51,955 bases of DNA from Basidiobolus meristosporus CBS 931.73 (Eukaryota > Fungi > Basidiobolomycota): NCBI GenBank assembly GCA_002104905.1, contig MCFE01000623.1, forward strand, positions 1 through 51,955. The letters run 5' to 3'. The notes beneath the pieces are model-generated. The model saw nothing but the letters and a program-made list of their open reading frames with translations, was not told where the DNA came from and did no database searches. Position numbers and translations under genes: made by a program. Positions 23,323-34,584 of this stretch are shown in pieces. The stretch's first letter is position 1. Every line of letters begins with the position of its first letter.

Positions 23323-23806
23323 TATTTTAAAATTTGTAACTCCACCTAAATATTCACCTAACTTAGCCACTTGGATCATTACCTACAAATCTTAGAGAAA
23401 ACTAACCAAATTCCTTGTTGGGTTTACTTGGAATATTTTCACCAGAATTTCAGGTACTCTAAACATTAAAATTCTTAAGGTTATTCAAACAGCCCCAAAC
23501 TTTGCACACATGTTCTTGAGACCTTCTCAAGCCTATTCTACATGTTTATTATGCCAAGACCATGTACAAGTGTAAACACTACTTTATATTCAATAGTTCA
23601 TTTAGTAAAAACCACATACTCTACTTGTCCTCCAAATCACTACCAATATCTCCAAAACTCTTACAACATCTAAACATATTGTGTATGTTTGATTTGCCAA
23701 GACCATGTAGATGTATAAATATTACTTTTACAATCAATAATCAAGTTAAACCACATAATCTACATATTCTCTGATTCACTTCCAATATCTCCAGAACACT
23801 TACAAT
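23323..23806 (+). mobile_element. Degenerate Copia LTR (23323-23668) plus a duplicated 3' LTR part
   Basis: CCACCTAAATATTCACCTAACTTAG...CTCTTACAACA, then a second 3'-end segment at about 23680-23806. Confidence 0.85.
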
Positions 23807-24559
23807 TATACTGTGGTATGATAAGCTCCATGTGTGCCTTGACAGTACTTTAAGCAAGCTAAGGTAAACAAATGCTGCAAGGTTCTAAGGAGTAATAGTA
23901 GTTACATAACAAACTGGAATGCTGTATGATATCTACTTGTTGCTTAGTGAAGTTCAGATGAAGTATTAATACCTTGAGAACCTTATTATACTAGCAACCA
24001 ATATGTTCAAGAAAGGCTCAAAGAAGTTAGGTGCTAAGCTTGGACCCTTTTGGGCCAGTTAGATAACTTCTGTGTCTTCACTAATTACAATATCTCAAAC
24101 TGAGTATAGTTGACATGAGTCTAAACATCACTACATCACCTATTGAAACAAAGAACCTACTAATCTATGCATATATATCCAAATGACCTGAACTAAATAA
24201 TCAATACACTTTACGTTTATCCAGTAAGTCGATAAGATATTATTGCCAAATCACCACCAACAGAAGTCAAGTATCTCGATGGAGATATATGATAATATTA
24301 TATGGGTGTTGCTTATAAGTTTGGGTTATCATATGGTTGTCTTTCAAGAAATTTGAGGGCTTCTGGAGATTGGAAGAAATAATTAGAAGTGACATATGCA
24401 TTTATTTTGCTATTATACATCATTCAAAAGAACGTTAATGTCAAATCAGCAGGGCTAATGTACAGGTATTTGTTTCAATATATATACAACAGCGGCCAAC
24501 CCTAGCAGCGGCTAAATGAAGATGAGGTTAATATTCTCAAGGAAAAAAAGTGGTTCGGG

Positions 24560-24644
24560 CGCGTCAGAAATTTGGGTATAGATAATTAGGTCAACAGCGT
24601 TCCTTGGAACTTACTGACTGACGTGCTTGATCTCGTCATCCGCA
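24560..24644 (-). ncRNA. C/D-box snoRNA copy 1
   Basis: C box ATGACGA, C' TGTTGA, D box CTGA, terminal stem GCG/CGC. Guide CTATACCCAAATT is complementary to LSU rRNA AAUUUGGGUAUAG; second candidate guide GCACGTCAG is complementary to CUGACGUGC (rRNA sequence recalled from memory). Confidence 0.85.
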
Positions 24645-24780
24645 TGTATATTCAGAATAATTACCTTGTCAGCGGGTCTATGGCAAAATTCCCATATGGT
24701 GCTTGGAGGGAACTTAGGGTTAGGGCTAAGTTAAACTGGGAGAATTAGGGTTAATTGAGGAAATGATAAGAAATGATTGC

Positions 24781-24869
24781 ATCTAGTCAGAAATTTGGGT
24801 ATAGATAATTAAGTCAACAGCGTTCCTTAGAACTTACTGACTGACGTGCTTAATCTCGTCACTCTAGAT
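24781..24869 (-). ncRNA. C/D-box snoRNA copy 2
   Basis: C box GTGACGA, D box CTGA, perfect 6-bp terminal stem ATCTAG/CTAGAT, same guides as copy 1. Confidence 0.88.
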
Positions 24870-25009
24870 GGCTCAACATGAATTTAAACTTACCTCGTTG
24901 CCAAGTGGTGTCAGTAGTCATGGACTGTCCGGCAACCCTGTCACTGAAATAACATTAGTACTTGGCTCGAAAAAAGGGAGGATCCTGAGAATAGCGCAAC
25001 GATATGAAA

Positions 25010-25092
25010 GTGTCGGAAATTTGGGTATAGATAATTAGGTCAACAGCGTTCCTAAGAACTTACTGACTGACGTGCTTGATCTCGTCACTCAC
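25010..25092 (-). ncRNA. C/D-box snoRNA copy 3
   Basis: C box GTGACGA, variant D box CCGA, terminal stem GTG/CAC, same guides as copy 1. Confidence 0.8.
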
Positions 25093-25646
25093 AAACATAA
25101 CCATCACCACAACATGGATTGTCACTTACCTATACACCTCAGTAGCTTCGTATGCGAGTGTCTCACATTGCGAATCATCCTTCATCATCCACTGCTTATA
25201 TACTTCAGTCGCGAGTGAAAAAAAACCGGACCCCTGTTTACAAGGGGCGATTGGAATGATCAGCTTGGGGCAGAAACAGATGATTCAGATCCACTTAACC
25301 AACATGCTAATCAGGCTTAGAGGCCTAATCAACGTTCGTGATTAAACGACCGTATTTGCCATAAAAGTGAATTTTCTGCATTCTGCCAGTATTTTCAGAA
25401 CTTACCATTTCCAGCGATGGTCGAAAAGGAAGTGATTCGATTTCAGAGATTTTCCTTAATCGATTTTATGCATATTAGGGATTCTACTAAATCTGGGATT
25501 TCTGTGTTCCTAAATTCGAGCTTATGAGTCTCGCCACAGCAGACCTCTCGCTCACATAAAAGGTAGTCGAGTCCACCACGGCTGATCAGAACTTTGGGTC
25601 GAACTTTATTCTTTCTCTCTTTCCCTTGTAAATTCACTCTTTCGTC

Positions 25647-26610
25647 ATGTCTAAAATCCTGCCAAGATCCATGGTCATCGAACAAGGCCAAGGGATGATT
25701 GAGTGCGCCGTTGTCGGGGACACCGCTGCCCTCACTCGTTTCCACTCCCGCTACCCTTTGAAACTGATTCGTCCTTCGGCCCACATGAAAAAGACCGCTT
25801 TAGTATACGCTTTGACCTATGGTGGCGGTTTGGTTTGTGGTGATGTTGTCACCATGAACATTGCGGTGAGGAAAAGCGCCAAGTTGGCTATGCTGACTCA
25901 AGGTTCCACCAAAGTGTTCAAGAAGCGTAACCCTAATCTCCCACTTTCCACCGCCGCTTCCGCCCAACACTTCAAATACACCATCGAGGACGACGGACTT
26001 TTGGTGCTTCTCCCTGACCAAGTCACCTGCTTCAAAGATGCCATGTACCATCAGACACAAGACTTCCAAATCTCAGGTACCGGTTCCTTGGTCCTGTTTG
26101 GACTGGTTCACAAGTGGAAGAATGAGCCGTGGTGAAAGCTGGGAGTTTGCTGAATACAACTCCGTCAACAACATCTTCCACGATGGTAAGCTCGTTCTTC
26201 GCGACGCCCAAGTCATCAGAGATGACCATCGCGTCAAGGAATTGGAGGGTGGTGAGATACGCTCAGCAGAGGACAAGCAAGCCATGAACCACTTCGGACA
26301 GCGCACAAATTATGGTTACCGCGTCGCACCTTACGAATGCTACGCCATTTTGGTCATATACGGACCTCACCTGAAGGAGCTCACTAAGAGCATACTCGAG
26401 GAGTTCAACCGAATTTCCATCTCACCCAGAAGCTCCAAGCTTCCTCCTCAGAGCCCCATCTGGTCGGCCTCGGTCATCGGCAATGACGACGGAGTGATCC
26501 TTCGTGCCGCTGCTTTGACCACGGAGGAGATCCGACTTTTCGTGAAGGAGCACTTGAAGGAGATTGTCCCAATTATTGGTGATGACGTTTATTCACGCAT
26601 GTTGATTTAG
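25647..26610 (+). CDS. ureD: Urease accessory protein UreD (one frameshift at about 26097-26099)
   Basis: YPLKL, YALTYGGGLVCGD, LTQGSTKVFK, PDQVTCFKDAMYHQTQ in the first frame; DWFTSGR...GESWEF...RDAQ in the second frame. Confidence 0.9.
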
Positions 26611-27381
26611 ATAGAATCCATAGGACATCGAGTGTTTTATTTTCCCTGTAAATCACTACTATTTCATTACATAAGATGTTAGAATATTTAATTTCCCTTA
26701 ATTAAAGACCTTTGTTTATTGTTCAATTACGATCTCCATGGGGAGTCCCTTGGGTAACAAGCGTAGTACACGGCGCTGGCGATGATGCACGCGAACTTAC
26801 TGGGGAAAGATGGGGGGCTATTCAATAGAATGTTAGCGCGGGACACTCGGCATCACGGGAAGCTTATAGTTACCGAGGATGCCCATTCCTAAGCGATGGA
26901 GACGAGGGAGTGCAGTCGGGACATCCATACTGCTTAACGGTGGGATGCTGGAGAACATATCTTCAACAGAGTTAGTGGGCGCGTTCGTGAGCGAGGTTAC
27001 CACTCCTTACTTTGTGCCATATCCACCAATCCCATGGGGAACTCTGGGATAAATTCTATTCCTAGCGGGAAAAACATTCACTCACGAGTTACCGAATAAG
27101 ACAATTTTTTTCTGATGCACTTACCAGAAACAGCCCCTATGGCTTTACCAAATGGACTGGCCAGAATTGCTAACTAAAGGTTAGAGGTGTTCGAGGTTTA
27201 GGAAGCCGATGGACTTACTTGGCTCCCAAAATCCCGTCATCCCAGATTGGTCAAAAACATCTAGTGAGCTCAATCAGTGACAAGCGCCTATTTTGGTGCT
27301 ACCCATGGTCGACAGCCATGTGTTTAAGTTGTTTCTAACTTATGTGATCTTCTTTACCTGGTTCAGCGCGAATTTCCCTAA

Positions 27382-27706
27382 CTAGGAAGTTGGGAGACTG
27401 TTCTGCCATTCTGCCTCGGGGAAATCCCATAATAGGCACATCGTCCATTCCGTGGCATTCTATTTGGACGTTGGTTAGTATGACTGGGTGTGAGGGCAAT
27501 CAATCCCACAGTTTACCAGCTTCTGTCGGCCCTTGAGATTCTTGCATCTTCCAAGATGTCCCTTTGGTTTCCGGAGCTTTCACCGACGGAAGTACACTGC
27601 CCATAGGCTCATGCTGAGTGCTCTTCTTCAGACCAAACACCACCTGATCTATCGGTGTGGCCACCACCACTGAGAGCAAGGTGAGTTGAAGATAAACTAG
27701 ACGCAT
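27382..27706 (-). CDS. Small secreted protein (about 88 aa spliced; 68 aa if unspliced)
   Basis: Signal peptide MRLVYLQLTLLSVVVA and TATA-like CTATATAG about 35 nt upstream. Predicted 57-nt intron 27516-27460 (GTAAAC...CTAAC...AATAG) continues in frame to ECHGMDDVPIMGFPEAEWQNSLPTS*. Confidence 0.6.
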
Positions 27707-28128
27707 GATAAGCCAGGCAGGGTCGCCTCAGTCGGGGCTATATAGCGCTGAACGGAAGATTTTTGGCTACAAGTTTGATATTCGGCTGGGAACTGGCGTG
27801 GTGGAAGGTTGGACTGATGCTTGTGATTCCAAAACTTCAAAGATGAAACCGCATCATGCAGATTTGTTGCGTGTGTCTGATTAAGGTAGGTTGAAAACAG
27901 TTCGAATCCTGCTCATTCATCAATTTATTTGGAATCCGACGAACTTCAATTTCGTCCATTTGTGCACTCTCCCAACATCGTATAGGATTCTGGATGAGGT
28001 GGGGTCCTCTTCTATCGAATATATTTACATAAAAACGCGATGAAACCATGGTACAGGATGGGATGGCCAAAATGGCTTCCGAAAGAGCGAGGAGTCGGTC
28101 AGATGGGGCTGGGCAAATCAATCAATCA

Positions 28129-28749
28129 TTAGCTGTCTTCTTTGATGTCTTCATCCCATTCACCCTCCGACTCCTCGTCGGTATCCATGCACATGTCGCT
28201 ATCTTCGTCGCTCGTCTCTTCGGTGGAGCTTTTAAGGGTGATTAGTCTTGCCTCCAGCCAAGAGAAAAACTCCGCTCTAGAGGCCCAGCGTGTGAAGCCT
28301 ACGTCACTCTTCCTTCGCCAAACTTCCCCTCTTGAGGGTCCTTCTACTATAAGTATCCAATGATTCAGATAGTCATCACTGGCCAACACTATGTGTCCGT
28401 GGTTTAGGGAGTCTAGGAAGTTTTCGTCCAAGCTTCCGGCCGCATCAAACAGAAAATTCTCTGTCAAAGGAAAAGGTTCACAAAGGTTTCTCAGCAGATC
28501 GCTGTAGGGCACTGGATATTCGTAGGGAACATATCCTAAGGGAAGAAGTCCGCTGCTAGGGCAGGTGCCGTTTCCGACCTGGCTTAGAAGTGCGCGATAA
28601 TCTTCGGGTAGGCGGACGAAGTGTTCTCGTTCGAACTCCAAGATCTTCTGTTCGGAAATGGGTAATTGAAAATAGATGTCTTCTTCAAAGAGCCGTTGGC
28701 CCAGTTCACGAGCGTCCTCTTTCACGCGACAAAGTGTCAAGGCCGGCAT
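28129..28749 (-). CDS. SMI1/KNR4 (SUKH superfamily) domain protein with an acidic tail
   Basis: ISEQKILEFEREHFVRLPEDYRALLSQVGNG...GLLPL...PFPLT...GHIVLA...WILIVEGPSRGEVW. Intronless. Confidence 0.85.
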   Translation of the reverse strand: MPALTLCRVKEDARELGQRLFEEDIYFQLPISEQKILEFEREHFVRLPEDYRALLSQVGNGTCPSSGLLPLGYVPYEYPVPYSDLLRNLCEPFPLTENFLFDAAGSLDENFLDSLNHGHIVLASDDYLNHWILIVEGPSRGEVWRRKSDVGFTRWASRAEFFSWLEARLITLKSSTEETSDEDSDMCMDTDEESEGEWDEDIKEDS

Positions 28750-29854
28750 TCTGGTTTGTGATGGCTATGGCGGGTGGTTTCTACTGAAGGTTAAGGTGGG
28801 TGTGTTATCGGGAGAATGGGGTAGTTATGTTTGGTAGTATATCAAGGCAAGGGGTTATTGAGCCTCTGCTGGCTATTTGGATGAATATTTGAACGGTAGA
28901 ATGGTAGTATTCATTCAAAGGGCAGCGTTTCAGGAGATCGGCCTTTCTTAAAAGAAATCGATTGGATGTAAAAAGCAAAAAGCAGACCAAGCGGGGAAAT
29001 GTCGACTATTGTGTGACAGGTTGAGGAGAATATATTGAATGTGTTTACGCAATTAGAGGAACAGAAGACAAGGGGGACAGGAGAATAAGGAGGGTAGATT
29101 ATGGAAGAAGATCAATACTGTCTAGATTTCTAACTTGCATTTCTATCAAAGCCTAATTTATAGCTTCAAAATTGAAGAGTGAATGCGGATCCAATTGTTG
29201 CAGTCACCATCTGATAAATACTTGAGGCAATTGTAAACACTTCAGGGGTTCACTCTACGCCAGGCCCAAAAGCATCCATCGAAAAGCCAGCTTAGCAACA
29301 GGAATAGTTGGGTGCTGTTTCAGCCTGGATACGTGTGCCGATGGGTAGCCGATGGGTAAGCGGAGGTGTGAAGGCTGGGCAACGTAGCAAAGTGCCATTT
29401 TGATGGGTGATTGCATCGTAATGTCAGCAATCCTTTGTTGCGTCAACACGCCCATTTTGTGCCGGAGATATACCAAGGCAGTAGTCCTGATCAATCCTGT
29501 ATGAATGCTCATCCTTACTTTATATTAACTGGGTTACTACCGATGACTACCCCTAGGGTTTGTTTTGGAACTGCACCACCAATGCAGTGAAGGTATTTAG
29601 ACTCATCCTGCTCAAAAGGCGCTTATACCACATCAATCTCTATTTAACGTTGTCAACTTAATCACGATGTTTATCCAATTTATGATTGGTAAACGGTGCT
29701 TAATTGCGGATTTGCGTAATATCCTAAGCTATGAAGAATACTCACTAAACTTACTTCCAGTAGCGCCATTTTGAATTTTTGTCCAGGCAAAAGCATAATA
29801 TATTCCTCCAAACCAAGCTAGTCAAGCCCATTCAACACAAAAGCAAAAGAGAAT

Positions 29855-32557
29855 ATGGAGACCGTCGAGAAATCCTTAAGGGATAAGCAGATAGGTGAAT
29901 ACCACATCCCGGCGCTTCTGAAGTGTATCGTTCATGTTGGCTAATCCTATACCGTTCCGTAGAATCGATTGTAAAAATGCTCAATCTCAATCATGAAGAC
30001 ACTTCAAACAATGAGGAGTCGAATATCCCTTTAATCGGATTGGCTTCTGGCGATCCCGTGTGGAAGGTTCTCATCTTTGATCAGTTCGGGCAGGACCTCA
30101 TTTCCTCGGTACTTCGTGTCAATGACTTGAGAGAAAACGGAGTTACTGTTCATATGTATGGAATCTGAAAGTGTATATATGTGTACTGGCGCTACATTTT
30201 TGAAATAACACATCCACTTGGATTAGGTTATTGAACAGCGAGCGCCTGGCAATCCCCGATGTCCCAGCAATTTACTTTGTCGAGCCAACCAAGGAGAACT
30301 TAAAGAAAATAGGCGAGGTAGAATCAGGCCCCAGATGGTAGATGTTGGCATTGTTTAACCCTGTTACCGCAGGACTTTTCCAAGAATCTATACGAATCCT
30401 ATTACTTGAATTTCTCCTCCGCGCTTCCCCGTCCCCTACTTGAAGATTTAGCCTCTGCTGCTATCACAGCAAACTCCTCTGATCAAATTGCTCAGGTACT
30501 ACCATCTTATGAGACATCCCAAGGCTCGCATAACTAAACTGTGCCCCAACAGGTGTACGATCAATATTTGAACTTCGTTTGTTCGGAATCCAATATGTTT
30601 TCCTTGAACATACAAAACTCTTATCTTCAACTAAACGATCCTTCCGCACCCGAGACCTCAATCGAAGTGATGATTGACCAGATTGTCAACTCATTGTTTT
30701 CGGTCCTTGTTACAATGGGTAATACTCGAAATGGAATCTAGCGTCTTGCCAGGCCGATTGTTGACAGATTTTTAGGCGTTGTTCCGGTCATCAGATGCCC
30801 TAGAGGCGGCGCCGCCGAGATGATATCTCAACGCTTGGATAACAAATTAAGAGATCATGTCTTGAACAACAGGGCAAACTTGTTTGCCGACACCACTGGT
30901 CTAGCTGCACAGAGTCCAGGTAATTATTCTGACAATATGCCAAGGGGCCACCTCTAATAGCCACTTCTCTTTCATCAGTGTTGATCCTACTCGACAGAAG
31001 CATCGACCTTGCTCCTCTCTTTAGTCATTCGTGGACCTATCAAGCCTTGGTTCATGACGCCTTGGACATGAAGTTGAATAGAATTGTTATTCAGGTTAGG
31101 CTCATGCCTTGTAATGTGATTATCCGGTTTGCCTTACTAAAGAAGCCAACTACAGACACAAGAGCATGGCAGAACCAGCAAAAAAGGATACGATCTTGAT
31201 ATACAGGATTTCTTCTGGGCCAAGAATGCATCTGCTCCTTTCCCACAGGTTGCTGGTAAGAGGGATGGAGTTGGTTTTTGGTGATTTGTGCTGATCGAAT
31301 GTCTAGAGGAGATCGACCTGGAGCTTAGTAAGTACAAGCAAGATGCTGCTGAGATTACTAAAATGAGTGGCTTGTCATCCCTCGACGATGTCAATCAAAT
31401 GTGAGTCATCCAAGCTTTTGCCACCTGGCGATTCTAATCTCCATCTCCTCCACAGGGACCCCACCTCCAACGCAAAACATCTGAAATCCGCAATCACCGC
31501 ACTACCAGAGCTGACCGCCCGGAAAGCCACCATTGATATGCACATGAACATCGCCACCGCATTGTTGAATATCATCAAGGATCGCCAGCTAGATGTTTTC
31601 TTCCAGATGGAGGAGTCCATGGCTAAACAGGTAGGTGGGCCAAGTGAGGGAACTTCGCGGTAAAGTGTCTGATCAATAGCCTTCAGAACAAGAGCACAAT
31701 CCTCGAAGCCATCAAAGATCCAACCAAAAAGCCCGAGGACAAAATGCGTCTGTTTTTGATTTACTACCTGTCAGTGGAGAAAATCTCCCAAGAGGACATG
31801 TCCGAGTATGAAGCTGCGCTGGAAAGTGCCGAGTGCGATATGAAGCCATTGCATTACCTTAAAAGGTATCTGCCGTCTCTCTGACCTGCCCATATACCTT
31901 GTATACGATTAACGCTTGCATGTTGCCACAGGGTCCGTGCCTTTACCCGCATGACTGCCGTCACCAACGTGAATCCTGGCGCTTACAAAGCCCCCGATTT
32001 CCTCAACCGCTTCAGTTCCATCGGTAACAAGGTGAGAATGAGCTGACTGACTCAGGCGCAACGACTGTGCACTAACTAGGGTGGATCGTGGCTTTTATTT
32101 AGTTGACAGACCATTTGAAAGAGGGTGGCATTATGGGTGGAGCCTACGGCAATCTCTTGTCTAGCTTCAAGAACCTACTACCTGCGCGCAAAGACCTGAA
32201 CGTCACAAAAGTGGTAGAGCAGATGATGGATCCCAACAGTGGTATCAATGAGACAGACGACTACCTCTACTTCAATCCGAAGCTGAGTCGCAGCAGTGTG
32301 GGCAAGTACACCCGTGGCAAAGTTCCTTTCCAGGAAGCCATCGTGTTTGTTGTGGGTGGAGGAAATTATGTAGAATATCAGAATTTGCAGGAATTCGCCC
32401 AGGTAAGGATTCGGACGATCCCAAAGCACGAGCGCAAACTAATTCGGTCCGGTTTGTTTAGCGACAAGTTATCAAGAAGAAGATCACCTACGGCTCTACC
32501 GAGCTTCTCACCCCAAGTGGCTTCCTGCAACAGCTGGGAATGTTGGGCAAGGAATAG
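29855..32557 (+). CDS. SLY1: Sec1/Munc18-family protein Sly1 (multi-exon)
   Basis: SLRDKQI|[90 protein letters not shown]. Confidence 0.93.
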
Positions 32558-32859
32558 GAAGCAAACGCATACTACAATATTAACATTAATAATAAAAGAT
32601 ACTTGTGCAAAATCCGGACCTTAAGCATGAATCATGGAGTATTGTTTGTTTTGCTTTTGTGCCATCCATCCAAGAGATATCAACAACTCTGATGACATCT
32701 GATTGGTGGGACAAGCGATGTGACTGGATAAACCTCAGGTGTTACGAATATGTACCTGGAGATGAATCTTTCTGTTTGAACTACTTTACAGTGTGTGGAC
32801 GGTCAATTTAGCTTCAACTCGTATTTAGAAAATTCTCAACTTCCCCTACCTTACCTAGA

Positions 32860-34394
32860 ATGGAGGCACTAAAAAGATCAGAGAGCAAGCTTCGCGAGAA
32901 AAACCACGAAGCTTCGGCCGAATCAGTAAATCCTGTGCAAAGGCCTTGACAAACCCGCATACAACTAAGCGTTTTCTTTCCTAGAATCGGCCGAGACAAA
33001 TGGCTTCGAAGCAGCACAAACTCCCTGTCCCCACCGCCAACAAGGCAAGAGTTCCCGGCGCCAAACCAGGGCTGAAAACAAAGCCGCCTTCAGTAAACAA
33101 AACTTTGGCTGACCGCGTCACAAGTAAAGGGAACGCACCCCGAAACAAGCTTACCGACGCCCAGTTAATGCCTCCTCCGACCTCGCTTCCTAAAATGTCC
33201 AAGGAGCAGACCCATTTTGCAGGCGAAGATAGGTACTGATAGGCATTCGGCCTCTGTACCAGCATGTGACGTTTACAAATCGATATTATTCAGGGTCCCT
33301 TACAGACAGTTCACCTTGCACGATTTCCACATCGCCAAAACCTTGGGCCGTGGTAAATTCGGCCGGGTATATCTCGCAAAGCTGAAGAGCACCGGATTCA
33401 TCTTCGCCCTGAAGGCGTTGAAGAAATCGGAGTTTGTGGAGTCACAGCTGGAGAAACAGGTGAGAAGAGAAATCGAGATTCAGATGCATCTAAGGTAACC
33501 TGACAACACGAGGAACACCCGCTCTGATCTGTACTGAACCACTTGCTTCCAGACATCCAAATATACTTCGTCTGTTTGGATACTTTTGGGACGATGATAT
33601 GATCTACCTGATGATCGAGTTTGCCGGGAAAGGCGAGCTCTACAAACAACTGAGGAAGCTTGGCTGCTTTCCTGAAAAGCAGGCGGCCATCGTAAGTGTT
33701 TGAGATCGATGGGCATCTGGTATGATGGTTGCTAAGAGAATCCCATGTAGTTCATTGCGCAGATTGCGGACTCGCTGGACTACCTCCATTCCAAGCATGT
33801 CATCCACCGTGATATCAAGCCCGAGAATCTACTGCTTGACATTAATGACGTAGTCAAGCTTTCCGATTTCGGTTGGTCTGTCCACAGCACGGGCAACAGG
33901 TAACTGGCTTATCCTCGCTTCCGTCGCCTCAACACTAACTCACTGGGCTCAGGCGCACGACTCTCTGCGGCACCCTAGACTATCTGCCGCCTGAGATGGT
34001 GGAAGCTCGCGACCACACCGAGAAGGTTGATCTCTGGAGTCTGGGAGTGCTGACATATGAGTTCCTCGTAGGGAATCCCCCATTCGAAGACTTGTCCAGC
34101 GTCAAGGCAACCTACAAAAGAATCAGCAAGGTCGATCTACGGATCCCCGACACCGTCTCTGCTGAAGCAGCCGATTTGATCCGCAAAGTAAGATGAGCAA
34201 GTCCGTAGTAAGCGAAACTCCTCTAACCCTGGCTTTTCTAGTTGCTGGTCCGTAATCCCAACCAAAGGCTACCTCTCTCCGAGGTGAAACGCCATCCATG
34301 GATCACGGCCAACGTTTCCCCGGAGCTTCTTCGGAGGTTCAAGGACTACTCCAAAACAACCGAGTCAACCCACCATCTAAGTCATGTACAGTAA
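32860..34394 (+). CDS. IPL1: Aurora kinase (Ipl1/Ark1-like, multi-exon)
   Basis: [80 protein letters not shown]. The start at 32860 is inferred through an in-frame intron; 33000 is the alternative. Confidence 0.93.
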
Positions 34395-34584
34395 GCGGCG
34401 TTGTTCGTCGTAAAAATCAGAACCCTTTCAATGTGTAGTATAAACAGTCCTTATTTCTTCTCAAACCGCCTTTATTTTACACGTTCTACTGAATTCGGAC
34501 AAAGATTAAAGTTAGTAAGATTCCGCCACTAGCACAAGTCTGGTGGAGCAAATTAGTAAGATCCGGTAACTAGCACAAATTCCC

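Larger units (their letters stand above)
24512..25202 (-). ncRNA. Putative multi-intron non-coding snoRNA host gene
   Basis: TATATAAG near 25195-25202. Predicted introns 25129-24944 (GTAAGT...TACTAAT...TTTCAG), 24893-24736 (GTAAGT...CCTAAT...CCCAG) and 24664-24512 (GTAATT...ATTAAC...TTTAG), each holding one repeat copy. Internal exons of 50 and 71 nt with no long ORF. Confidence 0.7.

Noticed and set aside
24715-24752. TTAGGGTTAGGG and TTAGGG as interstitial telomere repeats (also 14402-14412 and 11546-11560)
   Set aside because: At most two units. One coincides with a predicted CTAAT branch site on the minus strand, and such short matches are expected by chance.
24563-25090. CRISPR array interpretation of the regularly interspaced repeats
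   Set aside because: Repeats (76 bp) and spacers (~150 bp) are too long, there are no cas genes and the context is eukaryotic. C/D boxes, rRNA complementarity and splice signals explain the pattern better.
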